Shown here one piece after another: positions 12,936 through 25,274 of a stretch of 64,000 nucleotides of DNA; the first letter of the stretch is position 1; every line of letters begins with the position of its first letter. The stretch is from Zygnema circumcarinatum SAG 698-1b (Eukaryota; Plantae; Zygnematophyceae), in the NCBI GenBank assembly GCA_037447605.1, contig CM074807.1:2738327-2802326 (forward strand), in the 5' to 3' direction. Below the pieces are notes generated by a model. That model was not told the DNA's origin and searched no databases. It was given only the letters and a program-made list of their open reading frames with translations. The position numbers and the translations under genes are program-made.

Positions 12936-15155
12936 CATTTGCTATAGCCTGCTTTCAGATTTGGGTAACTGCTGATTCTGGCTTTGGGGGATGCGGAGGC
13001 TTTTAGGGTTTCCAAGGCGCGCCAGCTATTAAAATTAGTCCTTGCCCTAATGGGCCATGGACTTACAATGTACGGAGTAGAATCCCCAAAGATCTCTTAT
13101 GCAGTTTGAATGTCGAATGTAATAGTTTAGCGTAAATGTAGTTGTACATGTTAATTTTTTTCGATACTGTCTGTGATCACGGCTCTATTTACAAAATCAG
13201 TCTTTCGTTGTACTTGCATGCTCACTCGAGATGGTCCTTTCGCCTGCACAGCATAAAAGGTCACTCTTCATTCTTCACCATATCATGAGTATAGAACGTT
13301 GGTTTAACTCACCATTTCAGCAGTCTGTTGCCATGGTGGAATTCCTGTGCCCAGTAAAGGCGGAGATTAGTGCATGATCTTTAGTCGTCGATGCTTTCTG
13401 GTTTGTGATGGCACCGTTCGCAGCCTCGGGATAGTACAACGAAATTGCAGAAATTGATTTGTAATCTCACAGGACCTCGCTCCCTATGGGATAAGTCGTC
13501 CAATTGGTAAAAGAGACGAACTGACGCGTGGCAGCTTTGCTGAAAAAGATATCACATTCCGTCAAGCTCTACAGGACCTGCCCCTCATTGCAACTGCATC
13601 CCCGTCCAGAAGGTGCCCGTATCCATTCGAAAAGCATTGATCAAACCACAGCAACTAAAAGATGGCTTCAGACACAAGCTTGCCTTGCCACCCGCCTAGC
13701 CATTCCGAGTGACATGAGATGGGCCACTCTCCACTGACAGACTGCAAGCGCTGGTCAAGGGAGGCATACCTTTGAACCCTGAGTAGCTTCAGATCCCGCA
13801 CATGACACCACATCAAACTGACAAGGCCACACGCTAAATGTGTTTCGCATACAAATACAAGAAGTCAGCTCACCTAAGAATGTCACACATTCATAATCAC
13901 GTCGGGCTTTGCAACGTTGTTGCTCTCCACCGTCCCCACATCAAGTACATGTTATGCAAGGGACTCGGCCTACTGTCTTTAACCTAATTGTGCAGCAGGC
14001 AGGGCTGTCTACACGAACGTACACCACGCTCACCATGATCACAACTACAGGGATGGAGAGACATTGCCTTCGCAATTGCCGACAGCGCCTGTGCCAGCTA
14101 GCGGCACCCATACAGAAAGACACAAGGAGGGGAGAAGGGGAAGGGGGCGAAAGAAGGCAGAGGGAAGAGAGGTAAGTGCAGAGAGATTCTAAGTATGATA
14201 GTAACGACATCCAACGGACGCGCTCCCAAGGCCATACATTATAAACATTCCTGCTCAGCATTCTTGAATAAATCATAATGAAAGTAGAACTGCCACACCC
14301 AAGTAGACACATGGTTCTTATGGCCCATTTTGCGTAGCGGACAACAGTACCGTATAATCAAAATCAACAAAATAAGTCCACAAAATAACTACATCTGACC
14401 TTACAACCTCAAGCAAATGCATGTTCCCTCAATTCTTAAGCCTCGATAGATGTCACCTGAACACCTTGAGTGAACTCCAGCCGCAATGTGCTGCTACTTC
14501 CCACCATGCCTTTGTTTTCAGTGTTTAACCAAACGGTCGCCAGCCTACGGCCCATTGGTTAGAGCGTCTGCCATCCATTCACTGTTGCTGACACCTTCGG
14601 CGAGGGCATGCAGCGGCAACGGTTATTTTCTTGTTATTGCTTCTTCATGCACATGCTAGTGTACAGCTGCCTCTATTATGTACACACTACCTATACCGGC
14701 CATGTGACAATGTCAGGCGAGGTTGTTCTCAGCACTCGTGTCTACAAAACCTGCAAAGACAAGTAACAAACAGCTAGGCCAACAGTCAGAATAAGGGCCG
14801 GTGAAAAATCATACTCAGGTAAAAGTGAGAAAATGGAACTAGCACAAAAGAAGCTGCCACTAATAGAACTGCAAATGGTTTAGGCCCTGGGAAACAATCA
14901 TGACTTTAAATATGTCCTACTTACGCGAGCAAGCATGCAACTTGCGAAAACGAGTAAAGAAGGTGGTAACTTTTCTCCCTACGGGGAAATGAGGCAATAC
15001 TCTCGGCGGCTCCTCAAAATGAACTGAAAACAGTTTTTCCCTCAAGGTTCAAACAGACATTACAGAGTTTACAAGGATCACCAAAGACCAGCAAAGCAGG
15101 TGGCGCCAGCTAACCGGGAAATGCTTCACGGCTTCCAGTTCTTACCAGGCTCAAG

Positions 15156-16082
15156 TTAGCCGGAGAAGCCATCAGGAGGACGGGGCTGCATTAAAGAAGA
15201 GGCGCCCAGGGGTGGTTCTGAGGGCAAGTGACGACCTCCTGTGAGCTTCGCAATCTCCAGCTGCACCTGCATGCGCTGCACCTCAAGCTCCTTCACAAAA
15301 GTCATCCTCATCCTCTCCAGTTCTACCGCCTTCTCTTGCCGCGCCATCTCCACACGCTCATACCGCGCGCCAAACTCCTTAATCGCCAGGGCAAGCTCGT
15401 GGTAGCCATGCGGTCCCTCCTTCCTCTTCTTCAGCACCGGCTTTGCCTGCGCAGAGCTCGCGCCTCCGCTCTGTACAGGCGGAGCGCCCCTTCGAGAATT
15501 ATCTTGCACAGGGAGCGCTACAGGAGCCTGCGGAGGCTGCCTGAACAAGCTGTCTTCTCCATCCTCCCCATCCTCATCATCATCCGCTCCATCCGAGTCA
15601 TCTAGCCCCCCTCTCCCATCCACGCCTCCCGCCCCGCCTACAAGCTCGTGCACTCTGTCAAACAACCTCCACTCCTTCTTCGCCGTCCCTGCCGCCTTCT
15701 GATTCAACACAATCTTATACTTCTTCTTCACGGAATCAATCTTGTTCTTGCACTGTAACCACGTCTTCCCGTTCTTCCCTCCTCCCAGCCTCTGACTCAC
15801 CTTCTCCGCCACCTCATCCCACTCGTGCTTCTTCAACTTCCCCCTCCCGATTGCCACGTGCTTCTCTCCCCAGACATCGATCACCACATCCGTCGCCGAC
15901 TCGCTCCACTCCCCCCTTATCTGCGCCCCTCTCCTCTCGTCCAGCGCCGCCACATCCAACCCTGCCGCCGCCGCCGCCGCCGCTAGCGCCCCTCCCGCCG
16001 CTGCACTCAACGCCCAAGCTGGTAGCGCCTCCCCTCTCACCCCCTGCTGCTGCTGCTGCAGGATGCCGGGGCTCGCGGCCAT
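15156..16082 (-). CDS. Trihelix (Myb/SANT-like) transcription factor, ASIL/SIP1 clade, intronless CDS, 308 aa
   Basis: WSESATDVVIDVWGEK...KKHEWDEVAEKV...KTWLQCKNKIDSVKKKYK trihelix domain. C-terminal coiled coil ELALAIKEFGARYERVEMARQEKAVELERMRMTFVKELEVQRMQ. Confidence 0.9.
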   Translation of the reverse strand: MAASPGILQQQQQGVRGEALPAWALSAAAGGALAAAAAAAGLDVAALDERRGAQIRGEWSESATDVVIDVWGEKHVAIGRGKLKKHEWDEVAEKVSQRLGGGKNGKTWLQCKNKIDSVKKKYKIVLNQKAAGTAKKEWRLFDRVHELVGGAGGVDGRGGLDDSDGADDDEDGEDGEDSLFRQPPQAPVALPVQDNSRRGAPPVQSGGASSAQAKPVLKKRKEGPHGYHELALAIKEFGARYERVEMARQEKAVELERMRMTFVKELEVQRMQVQLEIAKLTGGRHLPSEPPLGASSLMQPRPPDGFSG

Positions 16083-16732
16083 GCCCGCCCGCCCGGCCGG
16101 CAGGGGAAGCGGACGGCCGGCGGAGGGGGAGAGGGAGGGGGGCTCTAAGGGAGGGGGGGGGGCGAGGCGGAGGGCCGAGAGCCGTCCGATGGGGAGCCGG
16201 GGAGGGATCGGGGCCGTTGAGGGGAGGATCCACTTTGGCCGGCGGACGGTTGGGAGACGGCGTCGGCCGGCAGAGTGGTGGATAGGGAGGTGGACTCGCC
16301 AATGGGAGGGACGGGAGGGGTTGATCCGGGGAGTGGGAGAACGGGATCAACGGGGAGGCAGGGCCGGGATTAGCGGACGACGGAGTGTACGTATTCGAGG
16401 TTTGAGTTGAGGTCGGCGCAGGATGGTTGAGCGACCGTACGAGGCATGGCCGTATGTATGTATGTAAGTATACATAACATTACATACATACATAACATTA
16501 TTTGCAAACATAACATTATGTAAGCAGCAAAAGCCAATCGTTTGGATGCTAGAATTGATGAACAAATCTTAAATCCTCCACGTTTGATTGTATTGTGGGG
16601 CCTTTAGAGAGGCTTCCAAAAAGGTTGCATGATGTGCGCAACACACGGTCTTCTTTAATAAAAGGCGAAAGGACAGTTCGCTCTGCACCGCACAAGCGAC
16701 TCACTTTGAGGCAACTGAGAAAATATAGGCAC

Positions 16733-16873
16733 ATATCTTTTCAGCAAGACGCGAAAGCAAACACATAAAAACAAGAAGAATATCTTTTCAGCAAGGCGCG
16801 AAAGCAAACACATAAAAACAAGAAGAATATCTTTTCAGCAAGGCGCGAAAGCAAACACATAAAAACAAGAAGA
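16733..16873. repeat. 47-bp tandem repeat, 3 copies
   Basis: atatcttttcagcaag(a/g)cgcgaaagcaaacacataaaaacaagaaga at 16733, 16780 and 16827; one mismatch in total. Confidence 0.95.
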
Positions 16874-16963
16874 ATTTCTTCTTCTAGAGAAAACGTCAAG
16901 GCTCGAAAGAAAGTTCATTTGTTGCAAAAAGCACGAGTTTTATTGCATTTTAGTCATTTCCGC

Positions 16964-17043
16964 CGAGGATGCCATCAAATGTACATGGACAAAAGCAGCA
17001 TGGGGAACCACGAGGGACTGGACGCAAAGGACCTAAGCACAAA
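16964..17043 (+). repeat. Dispersed ~100-bp repeat, copy 2 (5'-truncated)
   Basis: cgaggatgccatcaaatgtacatggacaaaagcagcatggggaaccacgagggactggacgcaaaggacctaagcacaa; near-identical to copy 1. Confidence 0.9.
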
Positions 17044-17798
17044 AGGAAAGGGCTACGGGCGAACAGTCAGTTCTTACACGTGTCTCAACGAGAATCATGG
17101 GAGCCCTCGCATTCCGTCGCACTTCCCTTAATCTGACTTAGGAATCTGGCTTCAAAACTCTGACTTCGTAAAGTTCATTTTCGATGCAGACCACTTGTAC
17201 TTCCCGCACCGTCCCTTCTCTCGTACCGATTTAAAAACTGTTAATAAAGTTTTTGGCTCGTCTTTTATTGGTTTAATACTGCCGAGAAATAAAACAAATT
17301 CTTAAACAAAATGAATTAAATTCAGAACAACCGGCCATCCTTATCAATGATAGAGCCAACGGGCAATAGGCACAAGAAGGATGGAAGAGATGCGGCTAAG
17401 AATGACACCTCTTTATTAGATGGAAGAAGAACTGGCACATATTTATCTCCTTACCACTCCTCAAATGAAGTGAGAAAATACACGAGGCAAAACGCCCCAG
17501 CTGCTAAGCTTTACTTCGCTTTGCTTCACCTCCTGCTTCCCCCCACAGCTCGGCTGAGACAGGAGGGATCCACCCCTTCAAATTGGAAAGCGACTCCACC
17601 AAGAGTAGAGACGGCGGTGAAACTCAATCAGCAGAATGAATAGCAGTTCCTGCTAAGAAATCAAAACAATTGTTCCAGAAAATAATTAGGCCAAAACTTG
17701 TGCAGCGAGGCCGAGACCCCTCCTCCTGTCTGCCATCCCGAGCTCACGCCGCCATAGCTCCATTCCTGTACAGTGAGTACTGCCCCCATCGAGACCAG

Positions 17799-20700
17799 TC
17801 AGCACGCTGAGAGCATCCGCGCAAAACTTTCTCCAATTTCTTGCTTGGCCGCCTCTGACACTGGCGGCTCTCCAATGTACAGGTCAAAAAAGGCACCTGA
17901 ATACAAACAGCCGCCCTCCTCATGCACCGTTAAAAGACAAGCAAGATGCAAAACATTGTCAATAGTGCATTGTTTGAAAGATATAAACACAAGGCAAAAA
18001 TGAAAGTCAAAAGCAACGTTCAAGAGGTTAGTGCAAGGCGAGATGGTTGAGCTGAAGAACTCACGACACAGGTGTGGGCTAACAATAGGCTCCATCTTCT
18101 TGCCGGCAACTGCAAAATATCAGTGCAGAGCTCCGTAGCATCAGCACTTTGCCGAGTAAAGTATAGCACATAGAAAGCCATTGCAGCAGCAGCGAGTTAA
18201 TGTCATGACTGATGTCCTTGTTGTCAGGGGATGACAGGGAGAGTAGAAAGAGAGTAGAGAGTGTTAAACTTTAAAAAAAGGACCAAGGGAGCAAATTCTG
18301 CTACGAGGGCCTGTCTGCCACTCGAGCAACAAAAAAAATCTGCTACGGCAAACTTCTGAAAGCGCGGACGGAAACAAATCGATGGGCACCTTCTGGACAA
18401 GCTGCCACTCACATAGCAGGTGCTCCTCGAGGGGAAACAGGAAAGGAGGGAGAGGGAGGAGAAGTGCTTACTCTCTGTGAGTAGGCGACCTCCTGGCAGC
18501 CAACGGAAGTCAATGGTTGTTCCCTGCATGCAACAAAATGAACAGCAGTGTTCGTATACAACTCAAATTGTCGAATTTATCGCTACAACTCCACTCCAGC
18601 CACTGCAGAAAGGGTCTCACCAAGAATGCATTCTTTCGCATTCTAAATAACAGACTTGAAGAGCTTTGAAGTGGGCGTAGTGGCCAACTCACTCGAGATA
18701 TGTCGAAAGGCTGTGAAAAGTAGCTCGAGAAAACTGCAAGTCCTTCATCTTCTTCAGTGCCTTTGATCTGCCACGTTACCTCCAAAACCAGTCTTAGTTA
18801 TGTTAATGATGCCACATACCGCAAAAATACGTAGAGCAGAAGAAAGGGGCGGCAGAGTGCAGAATCTGACCTTCCTCAGTCTGTTTCGTAAGGACTGCAC
18901 AAACGCACTGCCAAGTTTTTATGTCCATCCCCCCCGGCCAACCATTCAAAAGTTACTAGCAGCAGAAAGCGGGAGACAGTCCCAGCATTTCACAGTCTAG
19001 CTATAGAAGTAGAGCCGAAAAAGGTCACAAACAACCTCAGGTAAGTTGAACGGGAGGATAACTCCAATCGAGACAGCTTAAGCTTTCCCTGATTTCAAAG
19101 ACAAAGCGAACTTAGAATTTACAGCGTTGTTATCATTCCATGCCGTGCCCACCCATCCCGCCATTCAGCCTCATTTGCATGGTCCTGCTCGACCTATGTG
19201 CTCCTACTGGTTTTGATGCTGCGTACCTGCGAACCATCTCCATGCTCAGACCCTTGTAGTGGACCACGAGTCGAACCGTCATACCCACCTCATGGCTGAA
19301 ACCAAACGCCCATTCCATAAAAACGACTAAATTAACTTTCCCATGTTTGTAGAAAGCTCGCGCATCCCAGGAGAAGCTGCTGACTAGGAATGTCTGAATG
19401 CTCACCTGAGCAGGTCCTTATAAAAATCTTCCCGAAGTTTCAACTCCTCGGGAGGGACTCCAGCGTATTTCGCACCAAACTCTTCACGCAACTTCTCAGG
19501 CCGCACGTCTGCTCGTAGACGAGTTTCCAAATCAACAATTGCACAGGAGATATTGCATTGGAACAAGCGAAAGGAACAAAAGATCTCCTCGGGGCATGTG
19601 CATAGATGGAGACGAGGAGAAGTCTTTGAGTTCAATGCTCCAGTTTTCGCAACTGGCTATATTTAATTCCCCCCTATTCAGAAAGGAGGCACAGAGAGGG
19701 GCACAGAGAGGCCACTCACAGAGACCAAAGGCATAAACTTTGATTGACTTCAGCTTGATGAGGCTCTTGCTGCGTATTCCAACACCTGCCAGGACCTGCT
19801 CCCACGCCACATTGAAATGAAATATATGTTTCAGTATGAGCGTGCCCGCAAAAACTTTCTGTGGACTGACAGAAGAAACCTAGCCACCGTTCTCTTCACG
19901 AGCGGAGCTCAGCAATGAAAACCAAAGCGGTTCACATGTATGGACTCATACCCTGTCGAGAACGATTCTAACCTGGCAGGACTCGGATGAAGTAGATGGG
20001 CCATCTTCTCCGTCATCACACAGCAAAACTGGAAACCGTGCTTTAGTCTTCGGCTCCACAACAGCCCCCTTGGAGACGCCCTTGGTCACTGAAATGCACG
20101 CTGATGACAGCTCGCCCTCCTCTTCCCCTAAAATCGGGTCAAGGCAGCCTCCTCCGGAACTGCAGCAAACCACACAGAAGGCTTGTCCATCGCTCAGGAA
20201 AAAAAAGTCCGCATCTCAGCAATACCCGCGAGCGATAGAGGTCAAAAGGGCAGCCCGGCACAGGCGAGATACCTTTCGCCAGGGAAAAGCAAGTAGCTAA
20301 GACCGCAAACACCCCAGAAAGCGCAAGCAGTACCTGGCACATTTTCCGAAAATGTGTTGCCACGTTGGCTTGCTGTATCGACCCCACGCACTTCATGACC
20401 AACCCACAACCGCCACAACAACGCCTGCATAAACTGTCTGCTATTCATCGTCTATACTTCACGGGCGGCTGGACAACGGCTTTAATATTTAGAAATAAGT
20501 TAAATGGCTTAACGGTCTATCCATACTGCAGTTTCCAATCTTCTGCTCATCTTATAGAAAAACCTTACATGAGGAAACCACATTGCAACAAGCTGCATGT
20601 CGGTTCTCTAAAAATCAAGAAAAGTGGATCCGGACTGCAGACTTAGTGTCACCATCAACGATTGAAACGACTCTGTAGGAGGTTAATCAGTCACGATTCT

Positions 20701-21697
20701 GTCTAAAAAAATTTGATGTCTGAGCGCAGCACGTAAAAATAGAGACTGAATAAAGATGAGAATCTGTTCACCCGAGGTCAGATAATGTTTAGAAGTAGCT
20801 CATGGAATCTAGAAGAATGTATGCCACTTTTTATAGCGTTTCTGTACCGTTCGGAATGTGGTGGCGTAACCTAACAGTCCAGACCTGCCCAAGAGCTTGA
20901 ACGGTCCTCCCCCAAAACCTAAACTTCACGCGGCTATAGTGGACAGACTGCTAAGGATCGTACTTCGCAACCTTCAAAACAAACAGTCGTGTTGTTGCAG
21001 AATCCAGCTGACAATCGTATGCTTGCCATATCCAAAGCTGTCAATAAAGTGTAAACCGTAAGACAAAGAATCATTCAGTTGCTGAACAATATAAAGATAA
21101 AATAAGAACCAGTACAACCTACGTTAACATTTCAGTCCCTCCACGGGAAGGTCAAATCTTGCATACCCACCGTAAAGCCAAATCAGCAGCAGCTGTTTGT
21201 GAAACTTCATTGCCTCCATTTTGAACCCCGTCTGTCTCGTGTTGGTCAGCTTCTCTCTGAACTGCGTCTACAGGAGGAATTTCCGCACTTGTCGCGGCCA
21301 TCGCCGCTGACAACGATGCTGCAGTTGCCAGGCCTGCTGCTCCCAGCCATGTCGTCCGCTGGGTAGCCAGTTTTCGAGCAGCACAATATAGAAAGAAAGG
21401 CGAGCCAGTGGCCGCCATCCCCAACGGCCCTCCACCTGTCCCAAGACGGAGGGGCTCTCCAACATGCAACTGCTCTGCACCTCTCGCATTACGAGCGTTC
21501 TGTCGCAGATCACTCTCACAGCTCCTATCCGAACCCTCCCTTCCCTGACTTTCCCTTCGATCATTCCTTCCTTCCTCCATTGACTGCCATCTATCCAAGG
21601 CAATGTTGAAGCCTTGTACGACCTTGAAAAACGAGCCTGTATAGAGCGAGCAGGCCCGCACAAGCTCATGCTCCCATCCATCTCCAGGACTCTCCAT
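17799..21697 (-). CDS. FAP2: Chalcone-isomerase-fold fatty-acid-binding protein (FAP2 type), multi-exon
   Basis: AVVEPKTKARFP, QVLAGVGIRSKSLIKLKSIKVYAFG, PEKLREEFGAKYAGVPPEELKLREDFYKDLLR, VGMTVRLVVHYKGL, AFVQSLRNRL, GTTIDFRWLPGGRL, GAFFDLYIGEPPVSEAAKQEIGESFARMLSAC*. First in-frame ATG at 21697. Confidence 0.88.
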
Positions 21698-22730
21698 GGC
21701 GGAAGCTGAGAGCTCGTCCAAGCTTCAACACCCTCCGCCAGTCGCGATCCTGCAACCCCGGCCCTGCTCTGCGCAAATATCTAACTATGTGCCCCAGCTT
21801 TCCTATCTATGCAACTGCGCCCGCGCCTGCGCCCTCCCTGGCCGCCCAGGGTCGCCCTTCCTCCCTCTGCCGCTCTTTCCCCCCCCCGGCCTTCCGGGAA
21901 AGTTCCGTACCATTCGTACGGCAGGCAGTACTGTACTCCGTAACTGGCTTGACTAGAAATCTCGCACTTGGCTATCCAACGGCCAGGATCATCGACATGA
22001 ACACGTGGCATATCCAACGGTCGATGACTCTGAGCCACTGTCTCGCGCGCGCGGATCGTCGCCAGCGTCACTTTTTGCCCCTCGCGTGCGTGCAGGCGAG
22101 CGTGCCCGGCGGCCGGCCCTTCCCTCCCTCCCTCATCCCGTTCTCATGCCATGGGCCAACCCACTCTTCGTGTCGTGTCGTACGCGGGCGGGCGGGCGGC
22201 GGCCGGGCGCGCTGGTGCCTGCCGGCGGCCGCAGGGTGCTGACTCGCACGTGTGGCCGTGTTGTACGGTGTTGTACGGCATATGATTCCGGGAAGTCTCC
22301 GCAGCGTTTGTACGGCGGCTGGCCTGAGCAGACGTCTCGCACGCGGCTTTAGTCAGCGTCCATTATTATTCGATGGCACTACTATTATTCGATCGCATCG
22401 CATCGCCGCCGTGCGATCGATCCATGCCGCATCCAAATGCTGACGAGACCAGACCAATGCTGCTTTCCTCCACTGCAAAAGATGAGATGCACGGCCCCGG
22501 AAGCCCTCCCCCAGCGATCCTTGCAACTTTTTATCGACAGCGCATTTCCATCGCGATGCAGCGATGTCTTGCTTCCACAATCCTTCGACGTGCAGCAGTT
22601 GTTGGGACCCGTCCCGGTGGCCTTCCGCCCCTTCCTGCGCGTACTGCGCCCCACGTTGGCGACCTTCGCGGCTGCTTCTAGTGTCGTGTTGTTGAGCCTA
22701 GAAGTTGATTTCCGTTTCGAGGCTTTCTCT

Positions 22731-22821
22731 TTGTCCTTATGTCCATTGTGACCGCTTCTTTTGGTTCCCTATGTCGATTTTATCCATGTACATTTGATGG
22801 CCTTGCCATCGTGAGTTCAAT
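22731..22821 (-). repeat. Dispersed ~100-bp repeat, copy 3 (diverged)
   Basis: Reverse complement reads attgaactcacgatggcaaggccatcaaatgtacatggataaaatcgacatagggaacc...ggtcacaatggacataaggacaa. Confidence 0.75.
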
Positions 22822-22865
22822 CAAACATCATTTTCCTGCAAAAGAAGGGGTACAGAATGTATCAA

Positions 22866-22980
22866 ATAGCCAATCAGTTGTCGACACGTGGCCCGACGAG
22901 GTCTTCACTTTCACGCTGTCCGCGCTTTGGTTTGGTTGACGCTTCTTGAGGTGCCATGTGGCGTCCACGTGGCCTCCACG
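22866..22980 (+). promoter_or_regulatory. ABRE/G-box cluster upstream of the LEA-like gene (TATAA at 23179)
   Basis: CACGTGGC at 22885 and 22966, a further CCACGTA at ~22976, and a CCAATCA box at 22870. These lie 200-300 bp before the TATA-like motif. Confidence 0.55.
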
Positions 22981-23241
22981 TAAGCTTCGGACGTTTCGAA
23001 GAAGTCCGGAAGGGCTGGCTTTGCTTTGAACCAAGTCCCCGGTCTATGGCCAATGGTTGGACCAACGGTTGGCGCGCCTTCGCGGCTGGGAGGGAGGGAG
23101 GATGGCCGCTGTGCGGTCGGCAGAAGGAAGAGACAGAGTCGTTCTGGTTTCTTGTCATTTTTCTTCTCCCCTATCCATTATAAGGGAGGCAGCTCCCTGT
23201 GATTGAGGCAGCTCTCGTGTTCCTTGCACTGGTCGTGGATC

Positions 23242-24324
23242 ATGTCGCTCGCTCGTTCTGGAGCACTGCGTAGCAGACGACCTGCAATCAGTCGGACTAT
23301 CGTTTCAGCATGGCGAATCATTGGATTCGGCTCGAGGTTTTCTCCCAAATAATTTCTCAAAGATATTCTTTTAACGAATCAGAAGCAATGCAGAGAGAGT
23401 GGTCCAGTTAGAAAATTAGTTAATTAGAATCAGTTAGTTAGAGAATGGCATAAAAGCGGTCTCATCAAGAGACGATGGTATTCACCTTAAAAATATGAAC
23501 CTTCTGTGAAGTTGTTGATGGATCAATCTGGACTGTTGCATCCAATGTTTGGTGCCAGCAGCAGTGTCATTAGGAGTTATGCTGCCATGTGTGTGTGTTG
23601 TTCCAGGGCTAACCTCACTGCCCATGCACCGAGTGGTGAAAACTGGACGGAAAAAGTGGGGGAGTCTGTTCAAGAGGCCGGAAGAAATGTCATGGACAAG
23701 GCGGAGCAGATGGACGAACGCAGCAGAGATAGGAGCACTTTACCAGGAGAGCAAACTGCACGTAAACTGGCAGGAATGGTGAGTTTATGTTAAGAGAATT
23801 TTTGCACTATGGGCATGAATGGGAATTTCTACTTGCACTGGAATTGGATAGCTTTATGACGTGTCCTGGTACAACCATCAGAACAGTTTCGGAAAAGTTG
23901 AATTTTTTATACGATTTTGAGCTCAACATAGACATCGGCATTTTGTTGACATTGTCTGCTTTAAATTGTTGTTTTGGATTTTAAAGGCTCTACTGCCGCC
24001 ACTGTTGCTTCGTCTAATAGTCGCTGCTGCCTGGTGACTTCAAATTGAACTGATTAATGGGGACAGAGGCTGGGAATCTCCTTTCATTCTCCTCTGTAGT
24101 TCACTTGGAAACGTTGTCATGCAAAGCACAACGACTAGCTGTTTCAAACAACTTGTGATAGAGCCCGTGTACATCACAATAGGCCTCTGTCACTGACATA
24201 TGCTGTACCATTGACTGGGCAGGATGGAGATGTAGTAGAGGGAGCAGGCGATCAGGTGAAGCAGGCAGGAAAGGGAGACACCAAGCAGAGTGGAAAGGGA
24301 TATGACGATGTCGTGACTCAGTAG
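23242..24324 (+). CDS. Small hydrophilic LEA-like protein with basic N-terminal (organelle-targeting-like) peptide, ~122 aa, 3 exons (23242-23336, 23607-23778, 24223-24324)
   Basis: Phase-consistent model: MSLARSGALRSRRPAISRTIVSAWRIIGFGSR-ANLTAHAPSGENWTEKVGESVQEAGRNVMDKAEQMDERSRDRSTLPGEQTARKLAGM-DGDVVEGAGDQVKQAGKGDTKQSGKGYDDVVTQ*. The intron 1 donor (GTTTTC) is weak. Confidence 0.65.
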
Positions 24325-25274
24325 CCGGAAGTCATTGGGGAAGTCTCTGTGGATAGCAATGAGCATTTTGTACATAGGAGTTCATAAGAATCTGACCAAC
24401 AATTGGTCGCCTTCGGCCAAGCTAGAGCCTACACATGACTTTTAGATGGACACATACAGTCTTTATCTTTCCATGAGAGGGTTCAAAGTGAACTTTGTTT
24501 CTTTGGTCAAAGTGCTGACTTTCTTTTGCCTCTCGTCCTTATTTGGGTTCGGAAGCCGCTTAAAGCGAACCACAGAAGAGGAGAGAACGAATCTTTCCGT
24601 AAGTGGTGCCTGCTGTGTTCCACACATGTGCGAACAAGGTGCAAAAGAATAAAGAGATAAACTGCAGATTACGCATATACATCGAGGCTGGCTCTTAAAC
24701 TCTCCGCTATCTCCTAAAACCACGAGCGACCCACAACACGCAAAATATGGCAACTGTGAATGTACAGGTCACCACTTCTATGACGTTCGAGGATGAACCG
24801 CCCCGTTTGCATCCGCGAACTTCCATCTATGAGCGAGCGAGTAAACTTTCCCAGGGTGAGATCGTCAAAATAGAAACCATCTCCTTCATTTGGCTGCTGC
24901 GGCTCTTCGGCCGCCGCAACCTGAGCCGCCTGCCATTATGCATTATCCTTCCCCCAGCTCGGGCCCTTAAGAAGCCATGCTGCGGCCATTATTTCAATGC
25001 CAAATAAATATAATGAAAGAAGAATCCGATTTTGTTCAATGTCGAAAAAGAACCTGTACGACACGGACCGTTGAAGGGCAAGGTGCTCCAGCAATGATCC
25101 GCAGAGACATTGCTCCACAAGCTCCTCCACAACTTCACATACCGATGGAAAAATGGAGAGAAACGTGTACCCTCGTCGTGTTGCTTGAAATATCCTTTTT
25201 CCTGGTGAAAAGATCTGCAACTTTGCTCACAGCCCCCCGCTGCCTTAGTAGCATGGTGCCTGGCACTGTGAAGA

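Noticed and set aside
13500-15150. Short ORFs and splice-like signals downstream of the trihelix gene
   Set aside because: No phase-consistent model or known peptide family; likely 3' UTR or intergenic.
15228-16410. Long Pro/Gly/Arg-rich ORFs overlapping the trihelix gene and its leader
   Set aside because: Antisense or alternate-frame shadows of a GC-rich CDS and a low-complexity UTR; no domain signal.
16733-16873. Direct repeats considered as a CRISPR array
   Set aside because: Contiguous tandem units with no spacers, no cas genes, and a eukaryotic context.
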